Shown piece after piece: positions 37,355 through 47,164 of a DNA stretch of 64,000 bases. Source of the DNA: Takakia lepidozioides. Taxonomy: Eukaryota > Plantae > Bryophyta. The position numbers and the translations under genes are program-made. Position 1 is the first letter of the stretch, and every line of letters begins with the position of its first letter. Where the stretch lies: positions 56,606,001 to 56,670,000 of the forward strand of contig CM060731.1 in the NCBI GenBank assembly GCA_030704615.1, in the 5' to 3' direction. Under the pieces are notes generated by a model. It made no database searches, had not been told where the DNA came from, and was given only the letters and a program-made list of their open reading frames with translations.

Positions 37355-38015
37355 GAGTGGCCTGTGGGGCTGTGGTGGGCTGTGCCCTGTGGCCTGTGGG
37401 GCTGTGACGGGCTGTGACACGCTGTGATGGGCTGTGAGGGGCTGTGGCAGGCTGTGACAGGCTGTGCCCAGTGGCCTGTGGGGCTGTGACGGGCTGTGAG
37501 GGGCTGTCACGGGCTGCGCCGGTGGCCTTCGGGGCTGTCACGGGCTGTCAGGGGCTGTGACAGGCTGTGCCTGTGGCCTTTGGGGCAGTGATGGGCTGTG
37601 ACAGGCTATGCCGGTGGCCTTTGGGGCTGTGATGGGCTGTGAGGGGCTATGACAGGCTGTGCCGGTGGCCTTTGGGGCTGTGATGGGCCGTGAGGGGCTG
37701 TGACAGGCTGTGCCGATGGCCTTTGGGGCTGTGACGGGCTGTGAGGGGCTGTGACAGGCTGTGCCGTGGCCTTTGGGGCTGTGACAGGCTGTGCCGATGG
37801 CCTTTGGGGCTGTGATGGGCTGTGACAAGCTGTGCCCGTGGCCTTTGGGGCTGTGACGGGCTGTGAGGGGCTGTGACAGGCTGTGCCCGTGGCCTTTGGG
37901 GCTGTGATGGGCTGTGAGGGGCTGTGACAAGCTGTGCCCGTGGCCTTTGGGGCTGTGACAGGCTGTGCCTGTGGCCTTTGGGGCTGGGGCCTATGTGGGG
38001 CTGTGACGGCTGTGA
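37355..38015. repeat. GGCTGTGAC/GGCCTTTGGGGCTGTG minisatellite in the 5' UTR of gypsy #2
   Basis: Directly visible 10-bp-based tandem units. Confidence 0.95.
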
Positions 38016-38754
38016 CCAGTGCTTTGTGTAGGCCTGGACTGGTCTGTGGTGGCCCGTGTTGACCTGTGGAGGGCCAGTGCTGACTCGTGGAGGCACTGGT
38101 GGATTGCCTAAGGACTGGCATGTGGTCTTGAAGGCCGAATTTTTGACGCTCGTGGAGGGCGGTTCGAGGAATATCTTCATGATATTCCCATGGTTATGCA
38201 AGTGAAGGAAGAGAGGAGATGAAGAGTGTTGGGATGAGAGCATGCCGGGGTTAGGCATTGCTTTAGCTTCTCTTCCTCGTAGTTTCCACCCTCTCATTAG
38301 GCCAAGACCTTTCCGTAGGTGGAGGCAAGAGTCAGTCCGGGTTTGGGCTGGGGTGTCCTTGCAGGAGCAACACCGTGGAGTTGTTTTTGGTGTGAGGGAG
38401 TTGTCGTTCTGATTTCTTGTGTTTGCATCCCCTCCATACCTACATGTTTGACTGTGCGCCATGCTAGTTTTGTGTGGGCGCTTGTTTTTATAGGTGATTG
38501 GTCCGGATTTGATCACCGGCCAGTCCTAGAGCATGCTGTCGATGGTGAGGCTGGGGTGATGACCAGCCAGACCATCATTGTTTCTCCTATGGTGAGGTTG
38601 GAGGTGATGACCAGCCAACCATAGGAGTGCTTGCGGTGGATGCAGGTACAGGTGTAGGCTATGTTAGGAACTTAGTATTCCAAACCATAAGCCGCAACAG
38701 GTTCGCTACCCGGTTACCTTGTGGAGAGGGGGTTAGGGACATGTTCATGACCGG

Positions 38755-40200
38755 TTGAGTGTCAATAAGGAGGTGCCACTAGTTGCTGGGGACAGTGCCG
38801 GTTCAAGCACTAGCGATACTAGTGGGTACACGAGACAAGGTGTGCGGTTTAGGCCATCTTCACCTCCTGTGTCTTCTACGAAAGGTTCTGATTCGGATTG
38901 TGAATCAGGAGGACTCATACCGGCGGTGCAAGTTGTTTCTTTGCCATTGTTGTGGGACATAATGGAGGAGATGTACGGAGCTACCAAGGGGCCACGAAGG
39001 TACTCTGGGGCGGTGGGCACCATCGAGTTGGATGATTTTATCCAAGAGTTTGATAGTTGGTGTGATTTGCAGCAAATGCGCAATCCACAACTATTTACAC
39101 ATTTCATGGCATGAAAAGGGCTGTTTCAACACCTTGAGGGGCCGCCTATGGATGATTACCATGAGTTCAGGCGGGGGCATGAGGTTGAGATCGAGGAGTG
39201 GAGGATGTACAGGTCACCCAACTATGTCTCCATCACTAGGGGCACTAGAGCCACGAGGGCAGTGGCTACACGTGCCGCTGCACCGGCAGCTTCAGCAAGT
39301 AGCAGTGGGACTAGTGGGACTGGTGGTACAGTAGCTACGACGCCCACCCAAGCCACTACCGCACCAGCACTAGTACCCGTGCCTGCCTTCAACCCTGTTG
39401 TGGAGTTCTTCGAAGAGTTGAGAGGGAACTAACAAGGGATGAGGACAGAGAAGTTGTGGAGCTTGCAAGAGTTCCAACGGAAGCCGACCGAGAGCTTGAG
39501 GGAGGCTTTCACTCGCATGAGGCGCTTGATAAACGTAACCCAAGGGATTACAGAAGCTCAGGCAGTCCAATTCTGGTATGGGATATTGGACAAGGAGCTG
39601 AGGAGAAGGGTGCGGGATGCAACTCTCCTACAAGCGGCCCAACCCACCTTAGCAAATGTGTTTTTTGCTGGCAGAACGGATAGAGCTCAACACGAGTGGT
39701 CATGGTGGATTTGCTAAGGAGGCACCACGGGGTAGTGGTGCTCCTAGCCAACCACTATCTCAACGTGCTCAAGGCAACAAGGGGGCTCAGGTGAAGCTTA
39801 GGGAAGGGCAGAGAGGACCTCAGATGCAGGGGTCTCTCCCTTCATTTGCTGGCCAACAACGGGCAGATGTGGTGTGCTGGACATGTGGAGGACCCCATGT
39901 CAAGAAGGATTGCCCAGAGGGAGGCAAAGGGCCGGCACATGCACAGCCTGCACAGTTGCAGTGTGGGCATTGTGGAAAGCACGGGCATGGAGAGGCCCAG
40001 TGTTATGGTTTGCATCCTGAGTTGCGCCCAGGCCAGTTCCAAGGGAAAAATGGTAGCCGGGGCGAGGTGGAGCAGCCCAGAGAGGACAGGTGTGGCCAGC
40101 CACGAGGTGCAGGCTAAGGGCAAGCTCAACATGGCCAAGGACGCGGAGGTCAGGGTTGTGACCAAGGCATGGCCAACCGGCTTCAGCAGCTAGAGCAGAG
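38755..40200 (+). pseudogene. gag: Gag with two zinc knuckles (stops/frameshifts)
   Basis: LQEFQRKPTESLREAFTRM..FWYGIL; CWTCGGPHVKKDC; CGHCGKHGHGEAQC. Confidence 0.8.
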
Positions 40201-40766
40201 GCTCGCTGCCATGGCTACAGCTCAGGTGTACCGGCTCTAAGGCCGGATGGTTCACCTCCTGCTCCTGAGGGAGAAGATATGGGAGGCATGGGATTCATGT
40301 GTGGAGCAGCACTACCACTAGTGCAGGTGGATCTGCTGCAGCCGTGACTCGAGGAGCAGCACGATTTCCTGAGCCACGAGGTGCAGAGGTGGAGTTGGAT
40401 CCACAGCGTGGGGAGGCAAGCCGTCAGGCTAGGCTTCCTCAGTCATTCACATTGGCGGAGACAGTGTCGACGCCATCCATGGCCCTAGTTCTCGCCCGAC
40501 TGTTACCGAGGCGGAGGTTACTATGCCATTGGGAGAGCTACACGGGTAGCACCACTACTAGTGTTGCCAAGGCTACGACAGCTAGTGTGCTACTAGGAAC
40601 GGCCACATCTGTGTGCCAGTCCCATTGTCTCGGCTATCATGATTGCAACGCCGGGGGTACGACCAGCTGAGGTGTTCAGCTGGCAGCTATATTCTGTGAG
40701 AGTGGGGGGATGTTACTCCCTTCTGCGGAGATAGTGGGAGGTTAGTGTCCAGAGGGATCCTCGGAT

Positions 40767-41317
40767 TTGAGGGTCAAGACTGCCACGGCGGCGCCATGGC
40801 AAGCTGCAGCTGCCAGGTTGATGGAGCTGCCAGCTAGAGGCCAGCCATTGAGCGCCATGGTGACACCTGGAGTTGTTATGTTAGACAACCAGGATGACAT
40901 TTTCTGTTTGAGTGGACTGGCAGGCAAGAGGTACCGGCCACTGCGGGTCTTGTTGGACTCGGGAGCTCAGCCATTGATGCTGGGCGAGCTGCTATTGCAG
41001 GCTTGGGCCTCACGGAGGCGGATATGGAGCCTTGTCATTTCCAGATACAGACGTCTCTGGGAGGATCGGAGCAGGCTCGGGGCATGACACGGCGTGAGTT
41101 GGCTATCAGACTACGGCCGGATCACCCTACAGATGGCTCAGTGATGCGAGCCAAAGCCATTGTGACAGACACGGTCTCATACGATGTCCTGGTTGGTAGG
41201 GCTGTGTTGTACCCCATGGGCTTCACCCTGGATTTTTGGGAGGAGTCAGCTTCATATAGGCCTGCATCGCAGTCAGGGGAGGGCCGGCGTGTGCAGCTCC
41301 CTGTGACGTTCATATGA
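40767..41317 (+). pseudogene. Retroviral-type aspartic protease
   Basis: VLLDSGAQP and YDVLVGRAVL motifs; one frameshift. Confidence 0.8.
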
Positions 41318-41422
41318 GGAGTTGCGGTTGCCCAGCGAGGCAAGATACCGACACTAGCAGCATTCACAGCGGCAGTAAGTTGGCCTAGAGAGCTGCTTGA
41401 GGGCAACGTTCATTCAGAGGAT

Positions 41423-42697
41423 GTGCCACCTCCGGGAGAGCAGGATGACATGTATGGTATGGCGGAGTTGCCTACCATGGTTGCTCAGACTCCATTGTGG
41501 GGCACGAGCAAGGATTTGCAACGGGATGCTGATCGACGGGTGCAACAAGCCTGGGTAGAGGCTTTTGTACCGTCAGGAGAGGAGGAGAGTGCGGGGATTG
41601 CACCAGGACCACCTCAGTTGTCTCTATTGGACACCACACCTATTGTGTGGCAGTATCCGAATGAAGACATTTGTCTTCTAGACTTGTTTGGCGGGATCAG
41701 CACCGGATTGGCTGCAGTGTTACAGGCAGGTGTACGAGTTTGACGTAACCTATATGTGGAGAGGGATGAGACTGCACGACGCGTTTCACTTTGCCATGTT
41801 GCTCAGTTGGTGCAGCGGTACCCTAAGTTGTTGTCGGTGTCTGCAATTCGTGGATATCAGCAGGCCTTGCCAACAGACATTTCGTTTCTGGGGGCGCAGG
41901 ATTTGGAGCGGGTTGGCTCCATTGATCTGGTAGTGGCAGGTTGGCCCTGCCAAGGGCATTCATCAGCCGGGCATGACAATGGATTGCGGGACTCGAGGTC
42001 GGGTCTGTTTTGGGAGATGGTGCGGGTTTTGCGCCACTTGCAGCTTCATCAAGCTGTATCTCCAGCATACATCTTGGAGAATGTGCCACTGATGGGCGAT
42101 TCTTTGGCCAGGGTGATGGCCAGTGTGCATCAAGTCCGGTCGTGGCTTGGGTTAGCAGTGTTGCTAGATGCAGCTACAGTGGGGTCACATCGTCCACGGC
42201 TATGGTGGACTAACTTGATGCCACCCGCACTGCTCAAGCGTGCATTTGATGGGGTGCAGCAGCCAGCACATCTCACAGTGGATAGCATTCTGGACACAGG
42301 GAGGCAGTCTCAGCGTGTGAGACACGATGACCGTTCGCCTTTGGCAGTGGTCAACAAGGTGGGTCAACCACGAGCAGCATTACCAACACTGCTCAGCTTC
42401 CCAGGATTGCATGTTTTCCGGGATAATGGACCTAGCCTCCTGTGGGATGCTCAGTTGCAGCAATTAGTGGAGCCTAATGCTGACGAGCGTGAGCGGGCAA
42501 TGGGTTTACCACTGGTACCAGTGTCGTCTCTTTCTGAGGCATCACGTCGTCAAGTGTTGGGGGCAATGGATCTCAATTGCTTGACCTGGATTATCAGCTT
42601 GGCTATGGCTGAGCAACGCAGAGTGCGGAGTACACTTCCCTCGATGGTCTCTCTGCCTACCGAGACGGTACAGGCAGTGAGTGGGGCGAGCATGTGA
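41423..42697 (+). pseudogene. DNMT3-like DNA (cytosine-5) methyltransferase domain within the retrotransposon polyprotein
   Basis: Motif I LLDLFGGI, II YVERD, IV DLVVAGWPCQGHS, SGLFWEMVRVL, VI ILENV, VIII RPRLWWTNL, IX ERERAMGLP, X RRQVLG. ORFs 41003, 41423 and 41756 share one frame broken by two TGA codons. Confidence 0.92.
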
Positions 42698-43139
42698 GGA
42701 CCACGGGGTGCAGGCATCCATGGCACACGTGGGAGATGCTCGAGGTTCAGAGGGAGTTGGCAGCCAAGGTGGCGATGAAAGATGAGGTTGGGGATTTTTC
42801 TCGGGTGGAGGAAGTCCTTGAGGATGAGATGATGGGGCAGGATGAGGCCTTGTCATTGACTGAGCAGGTAGGGAGTACTGCTCAAGAGGTTGCAACATAG
42901 CAACCACTGGACGCGTCCTCTACCTCTAAGCCCACTGGACTTAAGGTTGCAGTTACGGAGGACAATTGGGAGCCTGACATTGGACCCATTGTCACCGGAG
43001 GAGAGAGCGACGTATATACGGCGGCGGTTCCTGAGGGCTTATAGGAATTGCTTTGCTCTTCAGTTTGAAGGACTTGGAGAGCACTGAAGCGGTCCAGAGA
43101 TCCGTATTGAGCTGGCCACTGACATGCCAATCTTTCGGA

Positions 43140-44460
43140 GACCCTAGAGATACAGTGACATGGAGAGGTTTTTGATTTAGATAAGGACTCAAGATCTCTG
43201 GGAGGCAAGTTGGGTGGTGGAGCTTCTAGTGCGAGAGTATGCTTCAGCCACAGTGATGCCAGCCAAGAAGGAGTGTCTATGGCAATTGAGAGAGAGAGAG
43301 ACAATGAACGATAGTGCGGTGTGATATAATTACCGGCCTGTTGTTGTACAATCGTAGACCAAGTCCGATAGTTGCCATGCCAACACTTGAGAAGATCTTG
43401 ATTGCCATCGGGCATCATGCTAAGGTCTTTGCACTTTGGATTTACGATCCGGATATCACCACTTGCCAATCAAGGAGGCGGACAAGCGAAGAAGACGCAT
43501 TCTGGGGGATAAATGAGCACGACAAGGATTGCCTTTTATATAAGTGGCGGTTCTTACCATTTGGGCTTAGAATGCTCCTGCAGAGTTCAGAGAGTCATGG
43601 ATAGGATTCTAGCAGGGGTGGACTTTGCTCGGTGCTACATAGATGACATCATCATCTTAGTGTACGATGGAGGAGCATGAAAAGACACCTTTAGGTGGTA
43701 TTGGAGCGCTTTTGAGAGCGCACGGATTGAAGTTGCATCCGGGGAAGTGCAAGTTTTTCACACCAGATTGAGTATCTGGGTCACATGAGATATCCTGGGA
43801 TTATGGGGGTACAGCAGAGCTAAGGTAGAGGCCATTGCACAAATTCCACGGCCCCACGGATGTGAGCCGAGTTCGAGCTTTCATGGGGTTGGCAAAAATT
43901 ATAGACGGTTTGTCAAGGGATTTAGTACCATTGCAAAGGCTGTAACCAAGCTGACCAGTGGACCAGGAGTGGCCAGTGGGAAGATGAGAGTAAGACGCTT
44001 TAGTGCCATGCAGTGGCAGAGAGATCAAGAAAGAACGAGCTTTGCTCAAGGCCGAGGTTGACCTCGGCGCCTATCCTGAGACGACCTATCAGGGGGCGTC
44101 CCTTTCAGCTGGCATACGGATTGGAGCATTGGGGGCTTGGAGCGGTGCTCCAACAGGTGGATGATGCGGGAAGAGAGTTCGTAGTGGCTTATGTTAGCCG
44201 CTCGAAAACGCTGCAGAGGTAAGTACAGCTCATATGAGGGAGAGTGCTTAGCTGCAGATGTGGCCGTAGCACACTTCAGGTGCTATCTATACGGCAATCT
44301 TTTCACCCTTGTCACGGATCACCAACCACTCAAGTGGTTGATGGAGTCAGACAAGCTTACGGGGAAGCGTGGCACGGTGGGCACTCCGGAGTATGACTTT
44401 CAGGATTGTGCATCGACCGGGTTTGGGAAATCGGGATGCGGATGGATTTGAGTCGCAATC
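43140..44460 (+). pseudogene. Reverse transcriptase and RNase H (heavily frameshifted)
   Basis: FALWIY.SGYH, WRFLPFGL, TAC ATA GAT GAC (YIDD) at 43636-43647, LHPGKC, VRAFMGL; GLGAVL.Q, YSSYEGECLA, VTDHQPLKWL. Confidence 0.85.
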
Positions 44461-44594
44461 CATGCATGAGCCAGCAGGATGACACTGGAACTCGGTGGCA
44501 TGGTGAGACGGACGAGGAGATGGTGCCGGGATGGCACGCATCTGCATTTTTGTGTATCTTGGCATCGGGAGGTTAGGTTGGACCTACAATAGGG

Positions 44595-45752
44595 ATGACT
44601 GTAGACGGAGTGTCTGAGGACCCTGAGGCTAGTGATGACCCAGGTGGTGCCAGAGATATACATGAGGATTCGGCTGTGTTGGACTACCTCCGCACGGGAG
44701 ACACGGCAGCCACTGTGACTACCAGGGAGAGGGATCGGATCCTGCAACGAGCCAAGAGGTTCAAATGGGAGGGGATACACCTACTTCGAGTGTGGGAGGA
44801 TGGTCGGGTGAGGATTGTGCCTCACCCCACACAGCGTGCACGGTTCGTGCGGCATGCCCATGAGGAGTTGGGGCATTTTGGAGTGCGACGCACTCACAGT
44901 TTACTGCAAGGGCAGTATTGGTGGCGTGGTATGCATATAGAGGTGCAACAGTTCGTGGCTAGGTGCATGGTGTGTGACAGGGTGCGTGCTTCATTCAACA
45001 CCCCTACACCACAGTTGCATCTTTTACCAATCATGGGATTGGGCTACAGGTGGAGTCTTGACTTCGCAGGACCGTTGCCACTGGCTATGCGCCACCACAG
45101 ATATGTGTTGGTGATGGTGGAGCACTTCTCCAAGTGGATTGAGTTGGTTCCATTGCCTGATAAGGCTAGTGAGGGGGCTACGTATGCATTCTTGGATCGT
45201 GTACTTAGCCGATTTGGTGCTCCAGCTGAGGTACTCACGGACCAAGGGAGAGAGTTCTTGGGGGAGTTTCAGGCTTTGTGTGATAAAGCCTTGATAGACC
45301 ACCGCACCACTTCTCGGGATCATCCTGAGGCCGATGGCTTAGCAGAGAGAGTTGTTCAGACGGTGAAGAGGGGTTTGCGCAAGTATGGCTTGCAGAAGGG
45401 ACACCTAGGAGATTGGGATCTTCAGGTTTTTTGGTTAGCCATGGGCTACAGGTTCAGCAAACAAGCATCGCTTGCCTCATTCTCACCATACTTCCTTCTC
45501 TTTGGCCGAGAGCCGGATTTGCCTGCAGCCATTCGTAGGGACTTTGTTCAAGTCCTTAACCTTGACGATCCGGACGTGTGGGTACGTGCATGTGATCAGC
45601 GTGCAGAGTTGTTCAAGAAAGTCATGCCCATGGCTTTTGAGAACCTTGCCATTGCACAGCACCGTGATACGTTGAGGTATGCCACTATACGTGGTGGAGG
45701 ATATCGTCCTGGGGTTTGGAGGTTTAGCCCTGGTGACTATATTTATTTGTAG
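44595..45752 (+). CDS. DDE integrase
   Basis: HEELGHFG..CMVC zinc domain; WSLDFAGP, TDQGREF, DGLAER; SPYFLLFG. Confidence 0.93.
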   Translation: MTVDGVSEDPEASDDPGGARDIHEDSAVLDYLRTGDTAATVTTRERDRILQRAKRFKWEGIHLLRVWEDGRVRIVPHPTQRARFVRHAHEELGHFGVRRTHSLLQGQYWWRGMHIEVQQFVARCMVCDRVRASFNTPTPQLHLLPIMGLGYRWSLDFAGPLPLAMRHHRYVLVMVEHFSKWIELVPLPDKASEGATYAFLDRVLSRFGAPAEVLTDQGREFLGEFQALCDKALIDHRTTSRDHPEADGLAERVVQTVKRGLRKYGLQKGHLGDWDLQVFWLAMGYRFSKQASLASFSPYFLLFGREPDLPAAIRRDFVQVLNLDDPDVWVRACDQRAELFKKVMPMAFENLAIAQHRDTLRYATIRGGGYRPGVWRFSPGDYIYL

Positions 45753-45837
45753 CAGACTGTTCCTACGACTCTAGATGTTACTGCAGGGCGTGTTATTCTG
45801 AGGGTTCGAGAGGTGTTGCCCTCAGGGATGGCATGAC

Positions 45838-46155
45838 TTGGAGGGTCGGGATGGCATGACTTGGAAGGACCATGTGCGTAATTGTGTGCCATGTCACCTT
45901 CCCAATGTCGATGGCAGAGTTGACCCAAACTTGGCAGTAGTACCTGCAGGTTTGAGGTGCATGCTCTGTGGGTCTGCCAAAGGGGCAGCCACCATGCTGG
46001 TGTGTGATCGATGCTCAAGGGGTTGGCATATGGGATGCTTGACACCACCTCTGAAAAGGTTCCTGACGGAGATTGGTTGTGTCCACACTGCTTGGGATAG
46101 TGGCAGTGGACATGACTGGAGGCAGCTAACAAGACATGGGAGGCCAAGCTCATAG
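45838..46155 (+). pseudogene. Integrase C-terminus with PHD finger
   Basis: CMLCGSAKGAATMLVCDRCSRGWHMGCLTPPL followed by a frameshifted W.C..C (GAT TGG TTG TGT CCA CAC TGC): C4HC3 pattern. Confidence 0.85.
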
Positions 46156-46349
46156 GAGTCAATACATGAGATCCCAAGCTCAAGTTCACAGGTTGCAAGA
46201 CGGCGATTAACGATGGGGCAACTCTTGCACCCGACCTCTTGATCTATCGAGTTTGAGTGTAGTAGGGATAGTGGTGGAGGACTTAGTGAGGCTATGGTCA
46301 CTATCACATCTTGTGGCTACCTAGACTTAGAGGGACCTAAGCACCAGCT

Positions 46350-46356
46350 AGGGGGG
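46350..46356 (+). promoter_or_regulatory. Polypurine tract
   Basis: AGGGGGG immediately before TGAT at 46357. Confidence 0.55.
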
Positions 46357-46864
46357 TGATTGTGTGGACTAGTGACTGCCATAGTGGGCAGCATAGTGGC
46401 AGCCTAATGACTGACTAGTTGTAGCCTAGTGGTTGGACTAGTGGTGGACTAGTGGTATACTAGTGTGTGGTGTGCACATGTGTTGTGTGGTTTTGGACAG
46501 CGATGTAGTTGTGTAGCGATATGTATGCGCACGACAGCTGTCAATTATTTTACCACTAGTGTGAAACTAGCTAGGAAATAGCTAGCTTTTACATATTGAC
46601 ATTTGGGATTGGCCCAAGTGTCAATCTAGGGGTCAAGGCAGATTTAGGCCCTGGAGTGGTTATCTTCACGGCAAGCGCGGGAGGCTCATCTTTTTCGAGT
46701 TGAGCCTCACCGTGCCTAGCTATGGCGCCGTAGTGTGGATTCCCCATGGCGTGGGGTGCACTTGGCTTGACTTGTATTTGAGTGATGAGGTTATATATGC
46801 ATTAGTTTATGCTTCAGCTTTGTGAGTTCGCATGAGCTTGTGTTTGTATTCTTCTTATTTATCG
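46357..46864 (+). repeat. Complete LTR (B1 46357-46536, GC, A2 46539-46864)
   Basis: Begins TGAT after the PPT and ends ATC(G) (ATCA in A1). Central junction is the palindrome GACAGCTGTC (46533-46542). Confidence 0.85.
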
Positions 46865-47040
46865 TGACTGCCATAGTGGGCAGCATAGTGGCAGCCTAGT
46901 GACTGACTAGTTGTAGCCTAGTGGTTGGACTAGTGGCTGGACTAGTGGTAGACTAACGGTATACTAGTGTGTGGTGTGCACATGTGTTGTGTGGTTTTGG
47001 ACAGCGATGTAGTTGTGTAGCGATATGTATGCGCACGAAA
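46864..47040 (+). repeat. Terminal repeat B2 (5' part of LTR, relocated to the 3' end)
   Basis: Copy of 46372-46536 with a ~12-bp indel; lacks the first ~15 bp of the LTR. Confidence 0.93.
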
Positions 47041-47164
47041 CCCTTCTCCCTTATATATGATCCAAGATGGATGAAAGTGAAATGAAAGTGAAATGAATAA
47101 ATGACGAACCAATAGCGTCCACTCGAAAAAGGTTGTACAACCATGTTTGTTGTAATTTTGAAAT

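Larger units (their letters stand above)
35503..47040 (+). mobile_element. Ty3/gypsy element #2 encoding a C5 DNA methyltransferase and PHD finger, with split (A...B-A-B) terminal repeats
   Basis: gag-PR-DNMT-RT-RH-INT-PHD order. Termini TGTC... and ...CACGA(A)A. Flanking direct repeat (A)CCCT at 35498/9-35502 and 47040/1-47044. Confidence 0.9.

Noticed and set aside
37308-38516. Long minus-strand ORFs with SQPVTAP/HSPKGH repeats
   Set aside because: Products of the stop-free minisatellite; no evidence of coding function.
41423-42697. Host DRM/CMT/MET1 gene
   Set aside because: Intronless, in frame with the retro protease, motifs not permuted, no UBA/BAH/chromo domains.
35503-47040. DIRS/Ngaro/PAT tyrosine-recombinase element (because of split repeats and a methyltransferase)
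   Set aside because: It encodes an aspartic protease and a DDE integrase, has a PPT and an apparent TSD, no recognisable tyrosine recombinase, and the MTase is C5-type rather than the DAM-like domain of DIRS.
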